From positions 24,389,601-24,453,600 of the forward strand of contig JAHRHZ010000035.1 of the NCBI GenBank assembly GCA_024137785.1: 64,000 bases of DNA. The letters are read 5' to 3'. The notes under the pieces were generated by a model. The model was not told the origin of the DNA and made no database searches. It saw nothing but the letters and a program-made list of their open reading frames with translations. This DNA is from Ginglymostoma cirratum (Eukaryota). Position numbers and translations under genes: made by a program. Shown one piece after another: positions 25,111 to 36,394 of the stretch. Every line of letters starts with the position of its first letter. Position 1 is the first letter of the stretch.

Positions 25111-27032
25111 TGATTTGCGTTTTTCTCATTGTGTAGTTCATGGGTTATTTTTCAATCATTCTTTCATGCAGTAAGACAGAACCTGCAAAACTGACTGAGA
25201 CAATTTGACGCAAATATTATAAGAACTACTAAATATATGGACCTCACCAGGACAGGTAGTGACAACATTTATTTTATCCATGATATCCAGAATGGATTGT
25301 ATTATCAAACATGACACATATTATGAATCAGTATTAATCATTGCTTGATTACAGACGAGTCGATTGCTATTCTGGTGAAATAACAGATTTCTTACTACTG
25401 CAGATCGCCATCGTAAACTGTCATCAAAGAAGTTTAATTATTCTGCAGCCTTCTGGGTGACAGTACTCATTTGAGACTTTATTATCCAACAGATCTGACT
25501 CATCAAGTGTAGAGAGGGCTGTGTGTTCTTGCTTTGATCTGTGCATTTTTCCCCGTTTATGTTGTTTCAATAATAGTTTATAAAATATTGATAGAGGTTG
25601 TATTTCTTTCCAGTCCCTGGACTTAAGTGGTATCTTGCCAACCTTTCCAAGTGCCAAATACTGGAATTTATAGGGTTAGCCATGCAAGGCGTTGAGTTTC
25701 TTTCCGACTTAACGTGATTTACTCAGCAAAGCATTTGATTTTTGTGAATTTGAAATGAAATGAAACACTTGGGCTTATAATGATGCTGAGCAAGCATGTA
25801 GGAAAGCTGATGTGGCTTTCTGCAAAATGTGATCCCCAGTGAATCAGCTGATTCTTTTAGCAGTGTGATGTTGCTCATATGTATATTTCCAAAACATCTG
25901 CTTTCCATATGGATAAATAATGCTTTGTGTATATTTTTCCTTATGTCTGTGACTGAATGCATAGGTAGCATTGTTGAATGTGAATTTTCTGTTATGTGTC
26001 AGAAAAGTGAGAGGGAGGTTGAGCCTGAAACAAGTCATGGAAGATATGGAGGAACATAGATTGGTTTGCACTGAAAAAAGAGTGCAATGGTGTTGCAGTT
26101 TTACTCGGCTGTTGTGTGATGTTAGACCATATGTTGGCAGGCACTAGTAGCATTAGTAAGAGAATTATCCAAATCGGATGAAAGTGTCTGGACTTTCATA
26201 GAAATCTCCATATTCATATCAGAGAAACTTAATGGTTTAGATTTAATTTCCTCTTCTTAATCACTGTTTAATATCTGATGTATATCTGTTTAATCAATAA
26301 AAATTCTGCTACACCTTTGTGTTGGAATTTATGCTTTTATTATTTTAAGTTTCTTTTATTTAGAAGTTTTCTACTCTAACTGTTGCTCATTATTTTATTT
26401 GAGGTTTTAAGTTTCTCCACAACCTCAAAACTGATTCAGTGCAGAGCATGTAAGTCAAAACAGTACATCATTCTGCTCATGAACTCAAATTGCTTCTGAT
26501 TATTTTAGTTTTGAATGCTTTCTCCATACTGCTTTTATTACAAGGCAGAATATCTTTCCTGCTATAGTGTCTTCAATTAAGTTGAAAAAGACAACATTCT
26601 GTAGCTATATGTAGAGAAAATAGTTATTACTGCTACAAAATTACTGTCAAACCTGTTTCTTGTAAAATAGACGTCTCCTTCAGCAACCACAGTATAAAGT
26701 CATCGTTCCCTGCAAAACATTTTTTTTAGCCATTACATCAATAGTCTACATGCCGCTAGGCATTCTAAATTTTAAAAGTGTGCAGCTAGAAAAAGGAGCA
26801 ACTTTCAAGCTGCTGGTTTTCTATTCCCAGCAATTGAAAACCGTAAAAACCTCGCGGCCATCTTAAGTGCAGAAGCTATACAAATACATGGGCCTACTTC
26901 AATTAGCTAAAAATGTCAGTCAGGCTTTTGTTCAAATGAGGACTGGGTGGAGCTTTGACAGTTCTATCATTTGAACCGAATATAAAACATAGTGAGGAAT
27001 TGTTTGCAATTGTCACTTTGAACTGAATTCGG

Positions 27033-27116
27033 ATGTCCCACGGAGATGACCACCTCCTCCCCTCCTCACCTCAACAGGCAAGGGGATCTGGTTCCAGTCT
27101 GAGAGCCTTGGAGCCA
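27033..27116 (+). other. Candidate short coding or first exon (MSHGDDHLLPSSPQQARGSGSSLRALEP), host gene unknown
   Basis: Open frame from ATG to a CCA|GTAAGT donor, with TATAAAA and an Inr-like TCACTTT upstream. No homology recognised. Confidence 0.25.
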
Positions 27117-30100
27117 GTAAGTGGGTCTGGTCAGGTAGCCCTACTGTGAGATGGGAGTCAGATAAGTGGAAGTACAAACTTATCAGTAAAGATCAAGTAT
27201 ATGGCGCACGGACCCACATGTTTAAATACCAGCATGCATTCAGGGCTAGCACTTTGAATTTGGAAGGAAAGGTGAACTGATAAAACCCCTTTTTAAAGTG
27301 TGGGTTGTCCTTGAAATTCAATCCTTTCAAAATAAGTATGGAACTAAAATATTGAAAAATTAACTGGTCTTTCGAAGTGAAAATACTTGCTGGCTTCTGT
27401 TGTTAGGCAAGTCACTATTTTCAGAATGTAATTCAAATCTTTCTCTTAATAATGTAACATTTCTCTCTGTGTCTTTCTCTATCCCCATACATGTCTTCTG
27501 TGTGTTCTGTATTGAAATGAAAACAAGCCAAATGAGTCAATAGCTACATTTTTATAATGTTTCCCACACCAAAAACTCTCCTGAAATATTTAACAATGAG
27601 GATGCAAAACAACAATGAGAAAGAACTTGGGAAGTGAGGGACTAAAAACATACTGGGAGTGAGGTTCAGAGAATTTTGAGGATATTCGGAGAAGTGGCAA
27701 GGTAAAATGTTTTCTAGAAAACTCCACTTACATTTATGACAAATACCACAACCACATTTGTTACAGGACAAATATTGGTATGGTCAAGGATGATGGGATG
27801 AAATAAAGTTAAATTTTAATCCTCTGATTTTCAACGTGTATGTTGGATGAAAGTAGTGGAACTTTTGGGGGCAGCGGAGTTTTGAAGTTGATTTTAATTC
27901 TCAGTATTTTGTCCAGCTTTGACAGAAACGATAGCTATTTATTCATTGATCCTAACATTTTACTGATTTGTGTTGGACAATTTGGTAATCATTCCACAGA
28001 GATGTCTATACATTTTGAAATTACAATTATATGATAGAACAAGGAAAGTGACATTTCATCCAGTTATAACTTTTGAAACATTTATGAAGGCAACATGTTG
28101 CTTTTCCAGTCTTCACGAAATCCTTATATATGTTTCAGTGAGTTGATATAAGAAGGCTGCTGTTTGAGCACCGCTTTGCAAATAACTGATGCACCCACAA
28201 GCCACAAAGTCTGTACAGTGCCAGGAAAAATGACTATGTTAACCTTTCATGTGAAATTCCATCGATCCTCCAAACTCTTTTTGGTCAAATCGTTTCCATC
28301 ATGGCCAAAAGACAGAGAAGATTCGTTATTTGTGATATCAACTATCGTAAATTTCATTTGCTTGAAGCCATCATATAAAAACGTTGTAAAACTATATGTT
28401 CAATATATAAGAATGAGCTATATGTTTGAAAGAATAGACTTTTTAAAATAACTTTCTGAGTCTCTGACAATGTTGTATATAGTCAATTCATTTTGTGGCA
28501 ATGATTGCTGTACATTGATTTGTACTCAATAAAAAAGCATATTTCATTTATAAAAGTAGTGTTTGAAAGATGGGTTACATTTTTGCTAGGTTATTTAATC
28601 AAACATATTTCTTCTGATTGTACTCAACAAAATTGCTTGATTTCAACACTGTGTTGCCCGCAAGTAGGAAATAGAGAGAGGCATGTCACAAGACTGGGTC
28701 TCTTCGGGTGAAAATACTTAAAAGAGTTTTTGTAGTTACTTGCAGGTTGTAAAGTCATGGCTGGTTTCAATTAGTCAGAAAGATTGCTAGTGATAAACAA
28801 TTCCTGTGGTCTCAAATCTAAAAGTAACTGCATGGTGCTTGACAAGTACTGTGATGACCAGTCAGGATCCTTTGGGATATTGTCACTTGTCATGGATATA
28901 ATTTCTATCTCTGGAGCAGTAAGATTGTATCTATTTATAAATGTACTTGGTTATGAGAGTGCGCTCCTTCTTTCCTTTGCTTCAACTGCTGTGATATCAT
29001 ACTTATTTGACAAGAGACGTTGCAGCACATGATTACAAAAACCATGATGTAGTAAGGTTAGTCAGTGCGACTTATTCATACACCAAATCCTCATTATCCA
29101 TGGGGAATAAGGACATACACTTCTTACGAGTAACCAAAAACATGGATGCTGCACCAATGTAACTTTCCTATGCACCATGAAAGATCAAACTGGATGAGTT
29201 AATGGGGAGAAAAGGGTGTCTGGTGCCAAACCTACAATGATTTGGATCCACGGGTAGCAAATCAATGGATACTGAGGAATGAGTGTATGTTCGGCACAGA
29301 CCTACAGAGTGGAGATTTTTTATAAATCCAGTGGCATGCTATTTCATTAGAAATGCAGAAAATTGGAAAGCCTCATTAAAAGATTTATTATTAATACATA
29401 ATAAATCTATTTGTATTATTTATAACAAATCTATCAGTAGAGAGAGAGATTTTTAAAAGACCCTCATCAAAGAAGAAGCAAGCAACCTAAGTGGTAAAAA
29501 TTGGGGACTTAAAGGTTGGGTTTTCATTTGAGGAGTTCTTGAAATGTGAGTGACCCTGAGAGAGGCTGTTTTCTATGGGTTTAGGATTACATAGTTGATG
29601 GATTTAATGTTGTTCACCAGAATGAAGATATTTTGGCAATTAGACTACTTGGTCATCTTACACTCAACTGTTTGTGCTAGATTTAGTTAATAGACACTTG
29701 AAGAGGAGAGGTAAATGAGAAATCAACTGGTCAATTGGACATAATGAAAATCACCAGTAAACTCAGCAAGGTGTTTATACTCAATGGAAGTTCAACATTT
29801 ACTTAATATCTTCACAGTTGTGAGCAGCTTCTGAAGCAGATTGTTGCATAATCCAATGGACTTGATTGATGTGGGAGGGCGTATATTTCATATTCTATAA
29901 GAAATGGGAAAGAATATTTGACAACAAGGGGAGAATGAAGATACTCTACCCATTCATAAGTAATTCTTAAATGTTGGAAGATGCATTGATTGATAAATCT
30001 TCCCCATTCTATGTTCTTTATGTCCATATTTAAGGCTTATGCAAATAGAGAGCATCAGCATGGTTTGGGCATGAGTGGGGGTGGCTGGTGGTTGGGGAAA

Positions 30101-30206
30101 TAGAGAGAGAGACAGGGGAGCATGCAGGAAAGAGAATGTGACTGATGTAGTGATTGTAACAACGTCAGCCAGAAAGATCTCATAGAACATGAATTGGCAC
30201 TGGAAA

Positions 30207-32740
30207 AGACAACGGCAAAATCAGCCCTGTTGTGTCTGCAAAGTCCTCCTCATTATCATCTGGGGGCTGGTGCCAAAATTGGGAGAGCTGTCTTACAGAC
30301 TAGTCAAACAATAGCCTGACATAGTCATACTCACAGAATCATACCTTACAGACAATGTCCCAGACTCCACCATCACCATCACCATCCCTGGATATGTCCT
30401 GTCCGACCAACAGGACAGACCCAGCAAAGGTGGCAGCACAGTGGTATACAGTCGGGAGCAAGTTGCCCTGGGAGTCCTGAACATTGACTCCGGACCTCAT
30501 GAAGTCCATGACAGTATCATTAAGAGTGACCATTGCACAACGGATGAAGTCCTGCCTTCACATTGAGAATAACTTCCATGGTGTGCAGCACTATCACCAT
30601 GCTAAAGGGGATGGACTTTGCACAGATCTAGCAACTCAAGACTGGGCATCCATGAGACACTGTGGGCCACCAACAGCAGCAGAACTGTACTCCAGCACAA
30701 TATGTTAATCTCATGGCCCGGCATATCCCCCACTCAGCCATTACCATCAAGCCAGGGGATCAACCCTGGCTCAGTGGAGAGTGCAGCAGGGCATGCCAGG
30801 AGCAGCACCAGGCATTCCTGAAGATGAGGTATCAACCTGGTGAAGCCACCAACCAGGACTACTTGCACTCCAAACAGTGAAAGCAGCAAGTGATACACAG
30901 AGCTAAGTGATTCCACAACCAACGGATCAAAGCTCAGCAGTCCTGCCACATCCAGTCCTGCATACTGGTGGACAATTAAATGACTTATTGGAGGAGGAGG
31001 CTCCACAAATATTCCCATCCTGAAGAAGAGACCAGCAAATCAGTGAAAAAAATGATGCTGAAGCTTTCACTGCAATCTTCAGCCAGAAGTGCTGAGTGGG
31101 TGATCCATCTTGGCCTCCTCCAGTGGGCCCCAGCATTACAGATACCAGTCTTTAGCCAATTCGATTCACTTCACGTGATATCAAGAAATGGTTGGAGACA
31201 TTAGATACTGCAAAGACTACAGGCCCTGACAACATTCCGGGCACAGTACTGAAGACTTCTGCTCCAGAACTTGCTGCTCCCATAGCTAAGCTGTTCCAGT
31301 ACAGTTACAATACTGGCATCTACTCAGCAATGTGGAAAATTGCCCGAGTACGTCCTATACACAAGAAGCAAGACAAATCCAACCCGGCCAATTACCACCC
31401 CATCAGTCTACTCTCGATTGTCAGTAAAGTGATGGAAGGTGTCATCAACAGCGCTATCAAGCAGCACCTGCTCAGTGATGCCCAGTTTGGGTTCCACTGG
31501 GGCCATTCAGCTCCTGACCTCATTACAGCCTTGGTTCAAACATGGACAAGACAGCTGAATTCCAGAGGTGAGGTGAGAGTGACAGCCCTCGACATCAAGG
31601 CTGCATTCGACCGAGTGTGGCATCAAGGGGCCATAGCATAACTGGAATCAATGGGTATCGGGGGCAAACTCACCAGTGGTTGGAGCCATACCTGACACAG
31701 GAAGATGGCCGTGGTTGTTGGAGGTCAATCATCTCAGCTCCAGGACATCTCTGCAGGAGTTCCTCAGGGTAGTGTCCTTGGCCCAATCATCTTCAGCTGC
31801 TTCATCAATGATCTTCCCTCCATCATAAGGTCAGAAGTGGGGATGTTCATCAATGACTGCACAATGTTCAGCACCATTTGCGACTCCTCAGATACTGAAG
31901 CAGTCCCTGTTCAAATGCAAGAAGATCTGGACAATATCCAGGCTTGGGCTGACAAGTGGCAAGTGACATTCACACCACACAAATGCCAGGCTATGACCAT
32001 CACCAACAAGAGACAATATGACCACCGCCCCTTGACATTCATTAGTGTTACCATCACTGAATCCCCCACTATCAACATCATGGGGGTTATCATTGACCAG
32101 AAATTCAACTGGACTCACCACATAAACACAGGCTACAAGAGCAGGTAAGAAGCTAGGAATACTGCAGCGAGTAACTCACCTCCTGACTCCTCAAAGCCTG
32201 TCCACCACCTACAGTGTATTAGTCAGGAGTGTGATGGAATACTCCCCACTTGCCTGGATGAGTGCAGCCCCAACAACACTCAAGAAGCTTGACACCATCC
32301 AAGACAAAGCAGCTGCTTGATTGGCAACTGCATCCACAAGCATTCAGTCCCTCCACCACCAATGCTCAGTAGCAGCAGTGTGTACTATCTATGAGATGCA
32401 CTGCAGAAATTCACCAAAGATTCTCAGACAGCACCTTCCAAACCCAGGACCACTTCTATTTAGAAGGACAAGGGCAGCAGACATACGGGAACACCACTAC
32501 CTCCAAGTTCCCTTCCAAGCCACTCATCATCCTGACTTGGAAATATATCACTGTATATTCACTGTCGCTGGGTCAAAATCCTGGAATTCCCTCCGTAATG
32601 GCATTGTGGGTCAACCTACAGCTGGTGGACTGTAGTAGTTCAAGAAGGCAGCTCACCACCACCTTCTCAAGGGCAGCTAGGGATGAGCAAGACATACTGG
32701 CCAGCCAGTGATGCCCACATCCCACAAATGAATAGAAAAA
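30207..32740 (+). mobile_element. CR1-group (possibly Zenon-like) APE-RT LINE ORF2, internally deleted and non-functional
   Basis: APE N-terminus IWGLVPKLGELSYRLVKQ*PDIVILTESYL. RT motifs GPDNIP, NYHPISLLSIVSKVME, QFGF, LDIKAAFDRVWH, GVPQGSVLGP and degenerate FINDC (for FADD). Stops and frameshifts are present. The 3' tail ends gatgcccacatcccacaaatgaat. Confidence 0.93.
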
Positions 32741-34618
32741 GAATTCTGAGACCAAGGACCTGGAGTCAAGTACAGTTTAAAAGGGCCCCATTTCAAGCCA
32801 GAAGCAGAACATGTTGCAGAACACAATGAGGACTTGGTATGTAGGAAGCAGTGCACTGCCATCTTAAAGTTTTAAACCACTGCACCCTGAGTAGAACTCC
32901 ATCAGTAGCTACCACATGGTGAGTTGTGATGGCAGCTTTTGCAATAGGCTGTTCCCCAAACCAGATCTGATTTCCAATCAGAAGCCTGAATGTGCGAAAA
33001 AGGATGATTGTTTATCTCATCTGAAACCTGAGTTGAGAATTACAGTAAAACGCCAGTTTTTTTTTAATGCCTGACAATGAGGCTGATTCTTCAACAGATC
33101 ATGCTCCAATTGATTCGCTTATCTCCTGGTGCATTAAATTAAAGCAAAAGTGGTTTTCGAAAGCAGATTTTAATTGATCAGAATGATTCTCACAATGACA
33201 GCAGTCCATCCTGAGGTGTGTAGTCCATTGTTGTAACATACAGATTGAGAGACTGGCACATTGTAAGAACATGAGACTGCATTGAGCACCCATAGGCACA
33301 TAATGGATTTTGGGGAATGTAACAGTGATCAAACTCCTGGGCAGATTTTTAGGCTCTCCGAGGGCCTGACTGGCAGGCAAATGGGAGGCATAAAATTCAG
33401 CGTGATGGCATGGGTGCCTTTCCTGCTGCCAAATGACCCACTGTGATTTTACATAGTGAGAGAGGTATCAGGCAGCCCACCTACTCTTAGACCAGCTGAG
33501 GCCTTTCATTGGCCAAGTCATGACCACTAGAAAGCTTCTTTCAGCTGCTCCCCTCCTAACCCGCAGCTGGTGCAATTCTTCATGTGGAAGGTGAAGGGAA
33601 TCTCATTCCTTCAGGTAGTGAAGAGTAGTTTGAGATTTTAAAAATTCACATTTACTTTTCTAAAAAAAAAATCACACTTTTCCCTTCTATTCTACCTCTT
33701 TTAACCTAAGGTTTCTTTCTCTGTCCAGTTTTTCTCTTTAGTTGATTTGACATTCACCATTAATCTACCCTTCTCTTCAGTCCTTTTGTTGTTCATTTCT
33801 CTATTCCTAAATCATCATTGGTTAAGAAGACGCACAGTTGGTCCTGTCTTTCACCAAGTCCCAGGTGCCTTGTTGTCCTTACTGTGACACCATTAGCTTG
33901 TGCTTCCAAAACATTGCGGGAAAAGCATTTTGAATGAAGATGCGGGAATAATAATAACTAATAAGCCACTCGCTGGGATGCCCTGCTTTGGTGAATTCTG
34001 ACCCAAAGGTCTTGTAACGTGACACTGAATCTATGGTTGGCATATTAAATTCCTTCACTGTAGAGTTGAAATGTTGAAGTTTTCTCAAACAAGTGACATT
34101 TCCTAATACTCGTTTGTTGAAATATTGAGCAGCAAAGAACATACAGAGAAACAGCTTTAAAGGTGCAATTTATTTAGCTTATATCAGATAGTTCCGGTTG
34201 ATAATTTTACTTTTGTTCTTCTATGAAGAGGATAGATAAGAAAAGAATCCCAGTAAAATTTATAATTCTGGAAGACAGTTCATAAAAAAAAAAATCAGTC
34301 TCTTGTGTTAAAAGCACTTACTTTATCAGCCCTATATTCTGAACCAGCGTTTGACACATCACTGGGCCAGTGGGACTTGAACCCAGAGGTAAGGATGCTA
34401 CCACTGTACCACAAAACCATCCCATGTTTTTAACTGTTCACTTTCTAAGCCAGAGAGATTGATTAGCAGTCAGCAACAATTGTTCTATTGTTAAAAAGGT
34501 ACCTATTATAATAAATACCACAGGTAACTTTCTGAGGTGAGTTTAAAATGTACTTGGAAACTAATGGCAGAAAAGTCTAAGGCAGACGGCAGTTTGTGGG
34601 GATACACAGTTAATACAG

Positions 34619-34706
34619 TGTGGAGCTGGAGGAACACAGCAAGTCAGGCAGCAACAGAGGAGCACGAAAGTTGATGTTTTGGGTTTATGCCCTTCATCAG
34701 GACTCT
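34619..34706 (-). mobile_element. Penelope-like terminal remnant with a decayed hammerhead
   Basis: Minus strand reads AGTC-CTGATGA-AGGGCATAAACCC-AAAACATC-AACT followed by gctcctctgttgctgcctgacttgctgtgttcctccagctccacac. Paralogous to 53082-53172. Confidence 0.7.
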
Positions 34707-35029
34707 GTCTGTGGGAATTCACAATTCATGGGCTATGTCGTCAATGCTCATTCCTTGCTAGTCAGTTTGCACATTCGTAATGTTTATGTTGTTCATGCAT
34801 TGCTTTATTTTCAGCTGTTCTTGGCCTTTTAATTGTATAGATTTTCTAATTATATTAGCTTACAGAAAATACACCAAAATGAAAATGCTCCTTTATTGCT
34901 ATACAGTTATGATTGGATGAGGAATACTTTGTTCTTAAACAGCTATTGCATTGGCAGATGTGCATACAGCCTGGATCATTGTGAATGGTTACCGTGCTGA
35001 GCTGTGGTCCATGAGACAGCATCCCTGAT

Positions 35030-35145
35030 ATAATTACCTAGTGTGGCCTGTATGTGACTCCGGACCCACTGAAATAGCCAAACAAGCCACTCAGTTCAAA
35101 GACAATTAGGTTTGGGCAACAAATATTGGCTTTGCCAGTGATGTC
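35030..35145 (+). mobile_element. 3' fragment of the tRNA-derived SINE
   Basis: ggcctgtatgtgactccggacccac...aagccactcagttcaaagacaattagg...ggcaacaaatattggctttgccagtgatg. Confidence 0.65.
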
Positions 35146-35539
35146 TGGTTTTTCAAATGTGACATTGTGACACAAGAAATTGTACAAAAGTGATTTGGGT
35201 GATTTCAGAAGTCCTCAAGTACCATAATCATTTTATTCAAAGGAAAGTTCGGAGTGTTATCTTTCTTTTCTATAACTGGATTCATTCAGTCTTTACGTAT
35301 TTTGCTGTAAAGGTCTAAGAATAATAGCTATTAACTGCAATGTTAGACTCCCTAAATTGTGCTGTTTCATTAAGAGCATGAGGCTTTAAATTTTGGTTCC
35401 TACCCTCCATCTTCACCCCCAATTTAATCTTTTTTTCCAATAAGCTGTTGAAATGCCAATTGTTGTTGGGATATGATTCCACAGGCACTGATATTGCCCA
35501 AGTGACCCCTGGCCTTGGCCAAGATTAGCAAACTGTAAG

Positions 35540-36085
35540 TAGCAGGGTATGACAAGGATTAGTGCTTAGGCCTCGAATGTTTACAATTAAAGATATGGTG
35601 ACAGTACATTGGTTGGTGACAAAGCAAGTTGTGAAGAGGACATGAAGAGCCTGCAAAAGGAGATAGATAGTTTAAGTGAGTGGACAAAAATTAGCCAGAT
35701 TTAGTATAATGTGGGGAAACATCTTTCCTCTTCCACACTGGCGGAAGAAAGCCAAATATTGGTTAAATAGAGAAAGATGCAGATGTTGAAGTACACAGTA
35801 ACATGTACGTGAAACACAAACACTTAGATTTGCAGACACAGCAAGTAATTAGGAAGGCAAAAGGAATGTTGGTCTTTGCTATGAAATGGATAACGTATAA
35901 AAGTAGGACATTTCTAATATGATTATACAGGGCATTGGTGACATCTAATGATGAGTACAAGGCACAGTTTTTGTCTCCTTAACTAAGGAGAGGTATGCTT
36001 ACATTGGAGTTGGCTGGGAGAAGATTCATGTGGTTGTTTCCTGGGATAAAGGGGTCACCTTTTGAGGAAATGTTGAGACGTTGGA
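35540..36085 (+). mobile_element. Old CR1 RT fragment
   Basis: Decayed QGLVLRPRMFTI (GVPQGSVLGP-like), LQKEIDSLSEW and YNVGK, followed by further CR1 ORF2-like sequence. Confidence 0.7.
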
Positions 36086-36394
36086 CCAACAGGAGACCGG
36101 AGAGTGACCAGAGAAAGACATTTTGCAATCCCACCCACCCTGATTCTTTTACTCCCCTGTCTCCCTGTAAGGAGATAGGGCCGAGCTCTGACTTTCCATA
36201 TGCACTTGTGGTTGAGATGACAAAACTTAGCACTGATCAGGAATCAAAGGTGAGCTTGCATGGCTTATTATTACATCAGGAATGCCTTTCAACCTTGGTT
36301 GCTTATCTCGCTGAGACCATCGATTGCCCACATTGCAACTGTTTTTATATATTTACTCATTTATTTTTCAGTATACCTGCCATGAACATCAGGG

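Noticed and set aside
31192-32148. RT ORFs as an active or domesticated reverse transcriptase, or a retron-like system
   Set aside because: They are fragments of one LINE ORF2 broken by stops and frameshifts, and the catalytic FADD is degraded to FIND.
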